Source: Deltaproteobacteria bacterium (lineage in GTDB: Bacteria > Desulfobacterota > GWC2-55-46 > DRME01). Taken from it: a DNA stretch of 59,378 nt. The stretch's first letter is position 1, and each line of letters starts with the position of its first letter. The notes below the pieces were generated by a model that had not been told where the DNA came from, made no database searches, and worked only from the letters and a program-made list of their open reading frames with translations. Position numbers and translations under genes: made by a program. The stretch is taken from the NCBI GenBank assembly GCA_011375175.1, contig DRME01000074.1, positions 1 through 59,378 on the forward strand. Direction: 5' to 3'. Of the stretch, positions 1 to 11,694 are shown in pieces.

Positions 1-185
1 ACGAAGAGGAGCTCGGGCGTCGGCGCCTGCGCCCTGATGGTCACCGCTATCCTCTCCCTCACGCTGTCGAGGTCGAACATGACGCCCAGCATGGCCTCGG
101 CCCCGGCCTCTATGGCCTCTTCGAGCCGTCGCCCCTCGGAGCGTATGCCGACGTCGGCGCCGTGTTCCAGGTATGTGTACGGCAT
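1..185 (-). CDS. Archease family protein, runs off the left edge
   Basis: Hand translation from ATG at 185: MPYTYLEHGADVGIRSEGRRLEEAIEAGAEAMLGVMFD, matching the archease EH-x-AD-x-G-I N-terminal motif; GGAGG upstream. Absent from the ORF track because it is incomplete. Confidence 0.85.
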   Translation of the reverse strand, partial: MPYTYLEHGADVGIRSEGRRLEEAIEAGAEAMLGVMFDLDSVRERIAVTIRAQAPTPELLF

Positions 186-465
186 ATCCCCTCCTTCCAG
201 TCGTCGCCACCGGGGAAAAACGCCGCCATCCGGTACGTTCCCGCCATACCGTGGTGAATTGTAACAGTTCGCCGCTCAAAGAGCAAACCAAACCGGTAGA
301 TGGAAGGGGTGTGTGCGCGAAGGAGAGAGCGCAAAGACTTCCTGTACCACTTGACCGCCCTTCGGTTGTATGTTACCTTCTCGCCATGAAAAAGTTCCCC
401 CTGCGGCCGGCGGCGCGTTACGCGGCGGAGCCTGCGCCCTCGCGCCCCGAGGCCGGAGAGAGAAG

Positions 466-1440
466 ATGAAGATACTCGTAACGGGCGGGGCCGGCTTCAT
501 AGGCTCGCACCTGGTGAGGGCCCTTCTCGACCGGGGCGACGAAGTGGCGGTCATCGACGACTTCAACGACTTCTACGACCCGGCCCTCAAGCGCGGGAAC
601 GTGGCGCCGCTGCTCGAAAACCCCCGTTTCAGGCTCCACGAGGCCGACATAAGGGATCGGGGGCGGATGGACAGCATAGTCGAAGGGTCGAGGCCCGATG
701 CGATCTTCCACCTCGCCGCAAGGGCCGGCGTGCGGCCGTCGATAGAGGCCCCCTTCCTCTACGAGGAGGTCAACTCCATCGGCACCCTCGCGCTCTTGGA
801 GGCGGCCCGAAGGCACGGGGTGAAGAACTTCATCTTCGCCTCGTCGTCGTCCGTCTACGGCATCAACAGCAAGGTGCCGTTCTCGGAGGACGACCCCATA
901 ACCTCTCCCATCTCACCCTATGCGGCGACCAAGAGGGCGGGCGAGCTCCTCTGCCACACCTACTCCCACCTCTACGGTCTGCCGGCGACGTGCCTGCGGT
1001 TTTTCACCGTCTACGGCGAACGCGGCCGGCCCGACATGGCGGTGGCCAAATTCACGAGGAAGATATGGGCGGGGGAAGAGGTGGAGATCTACGGCGACGG
1101 CTCCTTCCGCAGGGACTTCACCTACATAGGCGACATACTGGACGGGCTGCTGAGGACCCTGGAGACACCGCGCCGCTACGAGATAATAAACCTCGGAGGC
1201 TCCCGGACCGTCGAGGTCAGGGAGCTTGTGGCGGTCATCGAGTCCAGGCTCGGCAGGAAGGCCCGCATAAGGTACAGGCCCCAGGCCCCCGGTGACGTGC
1301 CCGTAACCTACGCCGACGTAACAAAGGCGCGGAGCCTTCTCGGCTTCGAGCCGAAGGTGGGCATAGAGGAAGGCGTGGGACGCTACGTGGAGTGGTTCCT
1401 GGCAAGGGCTGCCGCCGGGGGCGGCGGGGAGGCGCATTGA
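466..1440 (+). CDS. NAD-dependent nucleotide-sugar epimerase (UDP-glucuronate 4-epimerase-like)
   Basis: MKILVTGGAGFIG Rossmann motif, YAATK catalytic YxxxK, RFFTVYG-RGRPDMA; start moved to ATG 466. Confidence 0.9.
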   Translation: MKILVTGGAGFIGSHLVRALLDRGDEVAVIDDFNDFYDPALKRGNVAPLLENPRFRLHEADIRDRGRMDSIVEGSRPDAIFHLAARAGVRPSIEAPFLYEEVNSIGTLALLEAARRHGVKNFIFASSSSVYGINSKVPFSEDDPITSPISPYAATKRAGELLCHTYSHLYGLPATCLRFFTVYGERGRPDMAVAKFTRKIWAGEEVEIYGDGSFRRDFTYIGDILDGLLRTLETPRRYEIINLGGSRTVEVRELVAVIESRLGRKARIRYRPQAPGDVPVTYADVTKARSLLGFEPKVGIEEGVGRYVEWFLARAAAGGGGEAH

Positions 1441-2537
1441 ATCTCAAAAAGACGTTCATAAGGGACTTGAGCGAGGGCGGCGGCGTGGAGGGCCTCTTTC
1501 TCGTGACGAAGAAGGAGACCTCCATGAGCAGGACCGGCAGGCCATACCTGAGCCTGCGGCTCAGGGACCGCACCGGCGAGGTCGAGGCGCGGGTGTGGGA
1601 CGACGCCGAGAGGATAGGGCGGGCCTTCGCAAAGGACGACGTGGTGGCCGTGAAGGGACACGCCGCCACCTTCAGGGGCGAGATACAGCTCAACCTCACC
1701 GACGTGCGGGCCGTAGGCCGGGAGGATTATTCGCTGCGCGACTTCCTGCCCTCGTCGCGGCGCGACCCCGCGGAGATGATCGCGGAACTCGACGCCGTGG
1801 TCGAAGGGCTGAAGGACCCGCACATAAAGGGACTGCTCAAGGCCCTGCTCGCCGACGACGACGTGAGAAGGCGTCTCATGACGGCGCCGGCGGCAAAGAG
1901 CATGCACCACGCCTATCTCGGCGGCCTGATCGAGCACATACTCTCGCTGTGCGGCCTCGCCCGCCTCGCGGCTGACCACTACGGCGACGTAAACGGCGAC
2001 ATGCTCATCGCGGGAGCGGTGCTTCACGACATAGGAAAGATATACGAGCTCAGCTACGAGCGCAGCTTCGACTACACCGACGAGGGACGCCTCATAGGGC
2101 ACATCACCATCGGCGTAGAGCTCGTGGACGAAAAGCTGCGCCTTCTGCCCGGTTTCCCGAGGGAGACGGCCATGCAGCTCAAGCACATGATACTGAGCCA
2201 CCACGGTCTGCTCGAATACGGGTCTCCAAAGCGCCCGAAGTCGCTCGAAGCGCTCATACTCTCCTTCATAGACGACCTCGACGCAAAGGTGCAGGCCTTC
2301 CGCGCCGCCGTCGACTCCGGCGGGGCCGACGAGCGCTGGACCCCCTACCAGCGCATCTTCGAAAGATACCTCTACAAGGCCCCAGCCGCCCCTTCGGACG
2401 AGCGGGAGCCGGCGGAGACGGAGACGGCCCGGGGCGGGAAGAGGACCGCAGGAGGCGCCCCGGACGACACACCCGCCGAAAAGAGGGCCGCCGACCCGGC
2501 CGCCGTCAAGGAAGACAAGGAGCTCGAGCTCTTTTAG
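1437..2537 (+). CDS. yhaM: 3'-5' exoribonuclease YhaM family (OB fold plus HD domain)
   Basis: N-terminal OB fold (LRDRTGEVEARVWD), MHHAYLGGLIEH, LHDIGK, SHHG, DDLDAK; TTG start overlaps upstream TGA. Confidence 0.88.
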   Translation: MNLKKTFIRDLSEGGGVEGLFLVTKKETSMSRTGRPYLSLRLRDRTGEVEARVWDDAERIGRAFAKDDVVAVKGHAATFRGEIQLNLTDVRAVGREDYSLRDFLPSSRRDPAEMIAELDAVVEGLKDPHIKGLLKALLADDDVRRRLMTAPAAKSMHHAYLGGLIEHILSLCGLARLAADHYGDVNGDMLIAGAVLHDIGKIYELSYERSFDYTDEGRLIGHITIGVELVDEKLRLLPGFPRETAMQLKHMILSHHGLLEYGSPKRPKSLEALILSFIDDLDAKVQAFRAAVDSGGADERWTPYQRIFERYLYKAPAAPSDEREPAETETARGGKRTAGGAPDDTPAEKRAADPAAVKEDKELELF

Positions 2538-2557
2538 AGCCGGGCCGACCCTGCCAT

Positions 2558-3211
2558 ATGCCGTCCAAGAAGACCACCAAAAACGCTCTGAAGCGCATAA
2601 ACGACTCGGTAGAGAAGGCCTGCCGCAAGAACCCGCTCTTCAGCGACGGCTCACTCGTCTTCGGCGAGGGGCCGGCCCCGGCCAAGCTCATGATAGTGGG
2701 CGAGGCGCCCGGCAGGACCGAGACCCGGGAGAAAAAGCCCTTCGTCGGCAAGGCCGGCGCCTACTTCACCTCCATACTCGAGGAAGAGCTCGGCCTCAAG
2801 CGCGAGAGGATATACATCACCAACGTCGTCAAGGTCTGGCCCAAGATCGACACGCCGCGGGGGAGGACCAGGGCGCCGTCGGCGGCGGAAGAGGCCTTTT
2901 TCCTCCCCTATCTCATGAAGGAGATAGCGGCCGTGGAGCCGGTGGTCATCATCGCCGTCGGGAAGACGGCCTTCAAGGCCCTGGTGCCGGAGCGGGCCTT
3001 CAAGCCCAACAGGTGGGTCGAGACCGAGGGACTGAGGATAATGCCCGTCTACCATCCGGCCTACCTGCAGCGCAGACGCAGGAGCATGGCCGAGCTGGAG
3101 GAAGAGTTGCGCGCGGCGCTCAAGGAGGTGGCGGCCCTCATAAAGCCTCGCCGCAGACGGAGGAGAAGACGCCGCTCCGAGAAGAAGCAAAGAGAGGGAA
3201 GCTCCGATTAG
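2558..3211 (+). CDS. Uracil-DNA glycosylase, family 4-like
   Basis: VFGEG, GEAPG..E...KPFVGKAG, YITNVVK, YHPAY motifs. Confidence 0.85.
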   Translation: MPSKKTTKNALKRINDSVEKACRKNPLFSDGSLVFGEGPAPAKLMIVGEAPGRTETREKKPFVGKAGAYFTSILEEELGLKRERIYITNVVKVWPKIDTPRGRTRAPSAAEEAFFLPYLMKEIAAVEPVVIIAVGKTAFKALVPERAFKPNRWVETEGLRIMPVYHPAYLQRRRRSMAELEEELRAALKEVAALIKPRRRRRRRRRSEKKQREGSSD

Positions 3212-3268
3212 GAACGCCCCGTGGGAGCTCTGAAGAGGGCCTGCCCGCTCCCGACGCCTTGGGGGGCG

Positions 3269-5716
3269 TTACCGGGATCTCCCTATTGGGGGGGAGGCCT
3301 CGGGAAGCCTCCTTGCCGGCATGGCGTCTGCGCCGCACTTCCGGCGGCGCGGGTCGAGGGCCGGCAGGAAGACCCTGAACTCCGAGCCCTCGCCGGGGGC
3401 CGAGTCGACGAAGACGCTCCCGTTGTGGTCCTTGACGATGCCGTAGACCACGGCAAGCCCGAGCCCCGTGCCGGTGCTCCGCCCCTTGGTCGTGAAAAAG
3501 GGCTCGAATATGCGGCGCCTTGTCTCCTCGTCCATGCCCACGCCCCTGTCCCTCACGGTGATCAGGCAGTAGCGTCCCGCTTCCAGCCCCGGCGGAGCCG
3601 CCGCGCCCCCCTCGCCGGCAACGACGCTTTGCGTCGATACCGTGACCACGCCGCCCTCGGGCATGGCGTCTCCGGCGTTGACGACGAGGTTCATTATGAC
3701 CTGCTCCATCTTGCCCACGTTGGCGAGCACGGGATCGAGCCCCTCGGCAAGCTCCGTCTCTATGCGGACGTTGTGTCCCAACACGGGCTTGAGTATGTGG
3801 AGCAGCGACTCGATGAGGCGGTTTAAGTCCACCTCCTCGAGCTCGAGGGCCCGGCTGCGGCTGAACTCGAGGAGCTGGCGCGTAAGCCTCGCGCCGCGCT
3901 CGGCCGTGGTTCGTATCTTGCTCACCGTCTCATAAACGGGGTCTGATCTGTCGAGCTTGAGCATGGCCGAGTAGGTGAAGGCCTTTATGGCCGTCAGGAG
4001 GTTGGTGAAGTCGTGGGCCACGCCTCCGGCGAGCCTTCCGACGGCCTCGAGTTTCTGGGACTGGTAGAGCCGCGCCTCCATCTCGCGCTTTTCCCGCTCC
4101 GACTCCTTCAGCCCCGTCACGTCCTCGGCTATGCCGACGAGCCTTGTGAGCGACCCGTCGTCGCCGTGGACAGGGAAGGCGCGGTCCCGTATGTGGCGCA
4201 CCGAGCCGTCGGGACGCACTATCCTGTACTCGATCAGCGTTTCGCCGTCGGTGTAGCCGCCGTAATAACGCGCCACGCGCCTGCGGTCCTCGGGGTGGAC
4301 GGCCTTTATGTAGGAGAGGAGGTCCGAGTAGAGGGCGTCGCTGCTGCGGCCCCATATCTTCTCGTAGGCGGGACTTATGTAGATGAGCCGCCTCTGCGAG
4401 GGCGAGACCATCCAGAAGACCTCCTTTATGTTCTCGGCCATCTCCCTGAAACGCTCCTCGCTCGCCCTCAGGGCCTGTTCGGCGTGCTTGCGCCGTATGA
4501 TGACGCCCAGCTGGGCCGCCACCGTCGAGACCAGCTCGATGAGCCTTCTGTCCTCCTCCCTGGACTGGAACATGAAGAAGACGAGCACGGCCAGGACCTC
4601 GCCCGATGCTACGATGGGGATTCCGAGGGCCGCCTTGAGCCCCGTCTCCAGGGCGAGCGAGGTGCGCAGAAAGACCTTTTCCGAGGTCGCCGACACGTCC
4701 GGTATCCACTCCGGCCGCCCCGAGGCCCAGACCCTGCCGGGAAGCCCGACGTGGGGCTCGAACCGGAAGCGCTCGCTCTCTTTTCTGAAGGCGTGGAGGC
4801 TCGTGTGGCAGGTGTACCAGGCCGGGCTCAGTTCGAGCGCGCCGGTGCGGGCGTTCATGGTCCAGGCCTCGCCGTAGTGCCAGCTCGTGGCGTCGCTCAC
4901 CATGCGGAGCGCCACACCGAGGGCCTCGTCGAAGTCGTCGGCCTCGCTTATGGCCCTTGTCATCCTCTGGAGCAGCCGCATCTCGTCCTCGGCCCGCTTG
5001 CGGCCGGTGATGTCGCGTCCCGTAAGGACCACCACCCTCTCGCCACCGACCGAGACCGCCCGGCCGCTCACCTCCACCTGTATCCTGGCCCCGGCCTTCG
5101 TCGTCCAGAGCGTCTCTACGAGAAAGGAGCCGCCGGAATCGGCCGCGGCGGCCATGGCCCGCCGGGTCTTTTCGTAGACCTCCGGTGCGATGATCCTCTC
5201 GGCCGCAAGGCCCCTGATCCCCTCGGCCGACCAGCCGAGCATACGGAGCGCCGCCTCGTTGGCGTCGATCACCGCGGCCGCCGGCCCCCCGGCGCCGGCC
5301 ACGGCCAGGATGGGGTCGCCGGCCGACTCGAAGAAGGCCCGGTACCTGGTCTCCGGCAGGGGGGAGGCGACGCCGGAGGCGGCGCCGCCGCCATCGTCTC
5401 CCCCCACGGCCCGCAGCGCCCTCACGATGGAGTACGCCGCTCCGAGGGACGCCGTCCCGAGGGCCGCAAGAGAGAAGACGAGCTCCCACTGCTCCAGGGC
5501 GTAAGACGCGCCGCCCGAGGGTTCGCCAGCGGCGACCCCGAAGACTACGATGACACAGAGGCCGAAGAGGGCGAACCACGGAACGCCGCGCCCAAGGACA
5601 GTCGCCGTGAGGGAGGGGCGCTGCGGACGGAGGAAGAGGCCGAGCCCCAAAAGAAAGAGGGCAAGGCCGTATATGAAGTACGTGATGCGCATCGAGCCCA
5701 TCCAGTCCTGCTGCAA
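3269..5716 (-). CDS. Membrane sensor histidine kinase (TM-PAS-GAF-PAS-HisKA-HATPase)
   Basis: [14 protein letters not shown]-box, [32 protein letters not shown]; two PAS domains and a GAF domain. Start may be 5692. Confidence 0.9.
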   Translation of the reverse strand: MQQDWMGSMRITYFIYGLALFLLGLGLFLRPQRPSLTATVLGRGVPWFALFGLCVIVVFGVAAGEPSGGASYALEQWELVFSLAALGTASLGAAYSIVRALRAVGGDDGGGAASGVASPLPETRYRAFFESAGDPILAVAGAGGPAAAVIDANEAALRMLGWSAEGIRGLAAERIIAPEVYEKTRRAMAAAADSGGSFLVETLWTTKAGARIQVEVSGRAVSVGGERVVVLTGRDITGRKRAEDEMRLLQRMTRAISEADDFDEALGVALRMVSDATSWHYGEAWTMNARTGALELSPAWYTCHTSLHAFRKESERFRFEPHVGLPGRVWASGRPEWIPDVSATSEKVFLRTSLALETGLKAALGIPIVASGEVLAVLVFFMFQSREEDRRLIELVSTVAAQLGVIIRRKHAEQALRASEERFREMAENIKEVFWMVSPSQRRLIYISPAYEKIWGRSSDALYSDLLSYIKAVHPEDRRRVARYYGGYTDGETLIEYRIVRPDGSVRHIRDRAFPVHGDDGSLTRLVGIAEDVTGLKESEREKREMEARLYQSQKLEAVGRLAGGVAHDFTNLLTAIKAFTYSAMLKLDRSDPVYETVSKIRTTAERGARLTRQLLEFSRSRALELEEVDLNRLIESLLHILKPVLGHNVRIETELAEGLDPVLANVGKMEQVIMNLVVNAGDAMPEGGVVTVSTQSVVAGEGGAAAPPGLEAGRYCLITVRDRGVGMDEETRRRIFEPFFTTKGRSTGTGLGLAVVYGIVKDHNGSVFVDSAPGEGSEFRVFLPALDPRRRKCGADAMPARRLPEASPPIGRSR

Positions 5717-5871
5717 GTGCGCAGATGCAGGTCGTCGTCCCGGCCGAAGGGGAACCCATCCCCCGCCTGCATGGCGGTCCCCGTTGAAGCTCAGCCCGCG
5801 CCGGACGGGGCCTTACGCCCTTGCGGGCCGAACCTCCCGGCGACCGCCACGCAGGGACGAATAAGATATGA

Positions 5872-6217
5872 GGAAGCCCTGATTAATTACCCTGGGGCGA
5901 ACTTGCGGCTCCCTCGTATGTTATTCGGATGTCCGGCGGTCCTTTGGGGGTTCGGCCCGCGCCAGGCGGGGTTTTCTTACGCCTTTGCGGGCCGAACCCC
6001 CAAAGGACCGCCCCCCGGCCAGCTGATGCGGGCAAGACGCCCCCTTTAAAGACTTTCAATACGAGGTGGTTTCCCCCTGTCTTGCCAGGCAAAAGAGGGG
6101 GAAACCAACTCGCGTTAAGAGTTTTTTTGAGGGAGTCCGAGGGAACCGTGGGTCTGCGACCCGTGGGTCCGTGACCCTTTACAAAAGGTTCCCTCAGGGC
6201 AATAAGTCAGACTCTCC
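5872..6217. repeat. Full-length copy (about 346 bp) of modular palindromic intergenic repeat, REP/MITE-like
   Basis: Imperfect terminal inverted repeats GGAAGCCCTGATTAATTACCCTG...CAGGGCAATAAGTCAGACTCTCC, then TTAA; perfect 26-bp hairpin 5935-6012; hairpin near 6062-6115; GAGGGAACC...GGTTCCCTC module. Modules recur elsewhere in the window. Confidence 0.85.
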
Positions 6218-6254
6218 TTAATTCATACCACGGAAAGCCGTCTCTTTGAAGTAC

Positions 6255-6692
6255 TTATGGTGGAGAGGAACCGGGGGAGGCAAAGGGAGGCGACTGACGG
6301 CTCCCGGCGAAGACGAGTCCTTCCAGTGCCCGCAGGCGCGATGCGCCTATGCCCCTGACGTAGAGAAGCTCCCCCACGGAGCCGAAGCCCCCGCGCCGCG
6401 CCCTCTCCGCGACAATCGCCCCGGCCAGCCCGTAACCTATGCCGGGCAGCAGGACGAGCTCCTCGATTCCGGCAGAATTGATGTCGATGGGAACTCCCGG
6501 CACAGGCGGCGGACCGGCAAGAGAACGCACCCCGGCGGAAGGGGAAGGGCCGAAGAACCAGACGGCCGCACGGCGCGGCAGATCGGAACGGAGCGCCGCT
6601 GTTACGGCCATGAGCGCCGCCAGGAGCAAGAGCGCAAGGCCGCGCTCGCGATCACGCTCGAAAGAGACCTCCCCTTCCCGCTCATGGGCCAT
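6255..6692 (-). CDS. comEA: ComEA-like helix-hairpin-helix DNA-binding protein
   Basis: [25 protein letters not shown]...G.F.SV.EL..VRGIG after an N-terminal hydrophobic segment. Confidence 0.8.
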   Translation of the reverse strand: MAHEREGEVSFERDRERGLALLLLAALMAVTAALRSDLPRRAAVWFFGPSPSAGVRSLAGPPPVPGVPIDINSAGIEELVLLPGIGYGLAGAIVAERARRGGFGSVGELLYVRGIGASRLRALEGLVFAGSRQSPPFASPGSSPP

Positions 6693-8311
6693 GGAATCGT
6701 CCTCGGAGGCGGTCTTTCATGGGGCGGGCCACCTCTTCTCCTCTTCTTCTTTCTGTCCTTGTAGAGCTTGTACTCGATACTGTCGACCAGGGCCTGCCAG
6801 CTCGCCTCGATGACGTTTTCCGAGACGCCGACGGTGCCCCAGCGGTCCTCGCTGTCGCCGGACTCGATGAGGACCCGCACGCGGGCCGCCGTGCCCGCGC
6901 CGGCGGTGAGGACCCGGACCTTGAAGTCCAGAAGCTCCACGTCCTTCAGCGATGGATAGAACCTTTCAAGGGCCTTTCTGAGCGCCTTGTCGAGGGCGTT
7001 GACCGGTCCGTTGCCTTCGGCCGCCGTGTGGGCCACCACCCCTCCGACCTCGAGCTTTATGGTCGCCTCCGAGTAGGGCTCCTCACCCTCCCTCCTCTTC
7101 TCGTCGATTACCCTGAAGCCCAGGAGCTTGAAGGGTTTTCGCCGCTTCTTCCTGAGAGTGCGCTGGATGAGGAGCTCGAAGGACGCCTCGGCGCCCTCGT
7201 ACTGGAAGCCCTGGTGCTCGAGGACCTTGAGGTCGTGGAGCACCTTTCGCACCGCCTCCTCGCGGCTCTCCACGTCCACGCCGTAGGCCTGGGCCTTGTA
7301 GAGGATGTTGGAGCGGCCCGAGAGGTCGGAGACGAGCACGCGCTGGTGGTTTCCGACGAGCTCGGGCCTTATGTGCTCGTAGGTCTCGGGCTCGCGCGTC
7401 ACGGCGCTCACGTGTATGCCCCCCTTGTGGGCGAAGGCGCTCTCGCCCACGTAGGGCTGGTGCTTGAAGTGCGGGAGATTGGCGAGCTCGTAGACGAGCC
7501 GCGAGACCTCGCGCAGCTTTCTGAGCCTCGCCGCCGTTATGACGTCGAGCCCCATCTTGAGCCGCAGCGCCGGTATGATGGAGCACAGATTGGCGTTGCC
7601 GCAGCGCTCGCCGAAGCCGTTGAGCGTGCCCTGCACGTGGACGACCCCCATGCGCACGGCCTCGAGGGTATTGGCCACGGCCGTCTCGGAGTCGTTGTGG
7701 GCGTGGATGCCCAGGGGCGCGGCGACCCGCTCCTTAACGGCCGCGACGATCTCCGCTATCTCGCCGGGCAGTGTCCCGCCGTTGGTGTCGCATAGGACGA
7801 GACAGTCGGCCCCGGCCTCCTCGGCGGCCCTGAGCGTGCGCATGGCGTAGTCGGCGTCGGCCTTGTAGCCGTCGAAGAAGTGCTCGGCGTCGTAGAAGAC
7901 CGTATCGACCCTCTTCTTCAGGTAGGCCACCGAGTCGCGGATCATGTCGAGGTTCTCTTCGAGCGGGACCTTGAGGGCATGGGTCACGTGCAGCTTCCAG
8001 CTCTTGCCGAAGATGGTCACGGCCGCGGTGCCCGCGCCGAGAAGGGCCTTTATGTTGGCGTCGCGCGACGCCCTGGTGCGGGCGCGGCGCGTGGAGCCGA
8101 AGGCCGTGAGCACCGAGCGCGCAAGCTTCACCTTCGACATCTCCTCGAAGAACTCGATGTCCCGGGGGTTGCTCCCCGGCCACCCGCCCTCGATGTAGTG
8201 GACGCCGAGCTCGTCGAGGGCCTGCGCAATCCGCACCTTGTCCTCGACGGTGAACGATATGTCCTCGGCCTGCGTGCCGTCACGCAGCGTGGTGTCGTAG
8301 AGGGTAATCAT
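6602..8311 (-). CDS. cimA: Citramalate synthase
   Basis: [69 protein letters not shown]; start at ATG 8311. Confidence 0.92.
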   Translation of the reverse strand: MITLYDTTLRDGTQAEDISFTVEDKVRIAQALDELGVHYIEGGWPGSNPRDIEFFEEMSKVKLARSVLTAFGSTRRARTRASRDANIKALLGAGTAAVTIFGKSWKLHVTHALKVPLEENLDMIRDSVAYLKKRVDTVFYDAEHFFDGYKADADYAMRTLRAAEEAGADCLVLCDTNGGTLPGEIAEIVAAVKERVAAPLGIHAHNDSETAVANTLEAVRMGVVHVQGTLNGFGERCGNANLCSIIPALRLKMGLDVITAARLRKLREVSRLVYELANLPHFKHQPYVGESAFAHKGGIHVSAVTREPETYEHIRPELVGNHQRVLVSDLSGRSNILYKAQAYGVDVESREEAVRKVLHDLKVLEHQGFQYEGAEASFELLIQRTLRKKRRKPFKLLGFRVIDEKRREGEEPYSEATIKLEVGGVVAHTAAEGNGPVNALDKALRKALERFYPSLKDVELLDFKVRVLTAGAGTAARVRVLIESGDSEDRWGTVGVSENVIEASWQALVDSIEYKLYKDRKKKRRRGGPPHERPPPRTIPWPMSGKGRSLSSVIASAALRSCSWRRSWP

Positions 8312-8320
8312 ATGTATCTC

Positions 8321-8561
8321 TTTCGGATCTTCGGCTGCACCGGGGGGTCGGCCCGCGCCAGGCGGGATCTTTACGCCTTTGCGGCCCGAACCCCCCGGCA
8401 CAGCCCCCCGAGGCAATCGGGGCGGGCAGGACGCCCCCTTCAAAGACTTTTAATTCCCTGCGGATCATCCCGATTTTGCAAGCAAAATCGGGATGATCCG
8501 CAGGGCGTTAAAAGTTTTTGGAGGGAGTCTGAGGGAACCTTTTTTAAAAAGGTTCCCTCAG
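8321..8561. repeat. Copy of modular palindromic repeat
   Basis: Hairpin with loop GCCAGGCGGGATCTTTACGCCTTT; perfect 24-bp hairpin 8456-8505; CTGAGGGAACCTTTTTTAAAAAGGTTCCCTCAG. Confidence 0.85.
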
Positions 8562-8572
8562 TAAAGGTTTCT

Positions 8573-9811
<1,239 letters not shown>

Positions 9812-9816
9812 GGCCG

Positions 9817-11208
9817 CTACCTCCTCCTGCCCACCTTGTGGACGGCCAGGCCGTGCACGTCCTCGGCCGCCTCGAGCACGACCTCCGGCAGCGTGGGATG
9901 GGCGTGGATGGTGCCGGTTATGTCCCTCACCTTCGCGCCGCTTCTCACGGCAAGGGCCACCTCGCCTATGAGGTCGGTGGCGTGGGCGCCCACTATGGTG
10001 CAGCCCAGTACGCGATCGGTGCCTGGGTCGGCCACGACCTGCACGAAGCCTTCGGTCTCGTCCATGGCCAGGGCCTTGCCGCAGGCGGCGTAGGGGAAGC
10101 GGCCGACCTTCACGTCCATGCCCTGCTCGGCCGCCGTCTTCTCGCGCAGCCCCACGCTCGCTATCTCGGGGTCGGTGAATATGCCGGCGGGCACGGCGTC
10201 GTAGCTCATGGCCGCGGACCCGCCCATGGCGTTGGCGGCGGCCACCCCGCCCTCGGCGCTCGCCGTGTGGGCAAGGAGCATCCCGCCCGTCACGTCGCCG
10301 ATGGCGTATATGCCGGGGACGTTCGTCTCCATGCGCTCGTTGACCTTTATGCGGCCCCGCTCGGTCTCAACGCCCGCCGTCTCGAGTCCGAGCCCCCCGG
10401 AGTTGAAGCGGCGGCCTATGGAGACGAGCACCTTCTCGGTCGTTATCTCGCGGCCGCCGGAGACGACGGTCCTGACCGAGCCGTCGCGGACCTCCACCTC
10501 CTCCACGCCGACACCGGTGAGCACCTCCACGCCCATGGCCTTGAAACTCTTCATGACGGTGCGAACGACCTGCCTGTCCTCGGTGGAGAGGATGGCGGGC
10601 AGGAGCTCGACCATGGTCACGCGGCTTCCGAACTTGGCGAAGATGGTGGCGAACTCGCAGCCCATGACACCGGCTCCGATTACGAGCAGGCTCTCCGGGA
10701 CCTTCCTGATGTCGAGCATCTCGGTGGAGGTGAGGACGTTTTCGCGGTCCATGTTGAAGGCCGCTATCTCGGCGGGCTCGGAGCCGGTGGCTATGATGAC
10801 GTTCTTCGCAAGCAGCGTCTCCGTGGCGCCGTCGCGCTCGACGACCACCTTCCCGGCGCCGTCGAGGCGTCCGTTGCCGCGCAGGAGTTCCACACCGTTG
10901 CCCTTGAGAAGCTGCTCCACGCCTCCGACGAGTCTCTTCACCACCTCGTCCTTGCGGTCAACGGCCACGGCCATATCGAAGGACGCCTCTGCCACACTCA
11001 CTCCGAAGCGTTGGGCCTTTTTCACGGCCGTCAGGGTCCTGGCCGAGTAGTAGAGGGCCTTCGTAGGTATGCAGCCGCGGTTGAGACAGGTTCCGCCGAC
11101 CCTGTCCCTCTCGACGACGGCCGTCTTCGCCCCCATCTGAGCGCCCCTTATGGCGGCCACGTAGCCGCCGGGCCCCCCGCCTATGACAACGATGTCGAAC
11201 TCCCTCAT
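9817..11208 (-). CDS. lpdA: Dihydrolipoamide dehydrogenase
   Basis: GGGPGGY, GGTCLNRGCIPTK redox disulfide, HAHPTLPE C-terminal motif. Confidence 0.93.
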   Translation of the reverse strand: MREFDIVVIGGGPGGYVAAIRGAQMGAKTAVVERDRVGGTCLNRGCIPTKALYYSARTLTAVKKAQRFGVSVAEASFDMAVAVDRKDEVVKRLVGGVEQLLKGNGVELLRGNGRLDGAGKVVVERDGATETLLAKNVIIATGSEPAEIAAFNMDRENVLTSTEMLDIRKVPESLLVIGAGVMGCEFATIFAKFGSRVTMVELLPAILSTEDRQVVRTVMKSFKAMGVEVLTGVGVEEVEVRDGSVRTVVSGGREITTEKVLVSIGRRFNSGGLGLETAGVETERGRIKVNERMETNVPGIYAIGDVTGGMLLAHTASAEGGVAAANAMGGSAAMSYDAVPAGIFTDPEIASVGLREKTAAEQGMDVKVGRFPYAACGKALAMDETEGFVQVVADPGTDRVLGCTIVGAHATDLIGEVALAVRSGAKVRDITGTIHAHPTLPEVVLEAAEDVHGLAVHKVGRRR

Positions 11209-11211
11209 CAA

Positions 11212-11694
11212 TTACCTCCCCTCGGTATTTTCAAGGCGGTCCGCCCCCGTGCCCGTCCCCGGCCCGCGCCGGGCGATCTCGATCCGCCTGCGTCCCGTCC
11301 CGATGCGGCTTATCTTCACCACCAGGGCCTCGTCGGGCACGATCTCCGGAAACCTGTCGGCCCACTCCACAAGCGTCACGCCCTCTCCGTAGAGGCAGTC
11401 GTCGAGCCCCAGGTCGGGGAGCTCGCCGGCGTCCGCCACCCTGTAGAGATCCACGTGGTAGATCGGCACTCTGCCGCCCTCGTAGATGTTTACGATGGTG
11501 AAGCTCGGGCTCTTGACGTATCCATCGAAGCCGAGCCCCCTGGCCACCCCCCGGACGAAACAGGTCTTTCCGCTTCCGAGCTCTCCGCAGAGCGCCACCA
11601 CGTCTCCCGGCCCCAGTTCCCCGGCGAGCCCGGCGCCGAGGCGCTCGGTCTGCTCCGGGCCCTCGGTGGTATGGACGCCGTGTCTAAGGGTCAC
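11212..11694 (-). CDS. tsaE: tRNA t6A biosynthesis ATPase TsaE
   Basis: GELGSGKT, VKSPSFTIVNIY, YHVDLYR, LVEWAD. Confidence 0.93.
   Translation of the reverse strand: MTLRHGVHTTEGPEQTERLGAGLAGELGPGDVVALCGELGSGKTCFVRGVARGLGFDGYVKSPSFTIVNIYEGGRVPIYHVDLYRVADAGELPDLGLDDCLYGEGVTLVEWADRFPEIVPDEALVVKISRIGTGRRRIEIARRGPGTGTGADRLENTEGR

Noticed and set aside
280-360. Possible c-di-GMP-I riboswitch (GAGCAAACC...GCGCAAAG) upstream of the epimerase
   Set aside because: The spacing is far too long, and no GNRA-capped P2 or P3 pairing could be built.
370-465. Upstream starts given by the ORF track for the epimerase, yhaM, cimA, nnr, yihY, RR-HK, sat, cysM and NIL
   Set aside because: The extensions are low-complexity or overlap neighbouring genes; starts were moved to conserved N-termini with RBS or coupling evidence.
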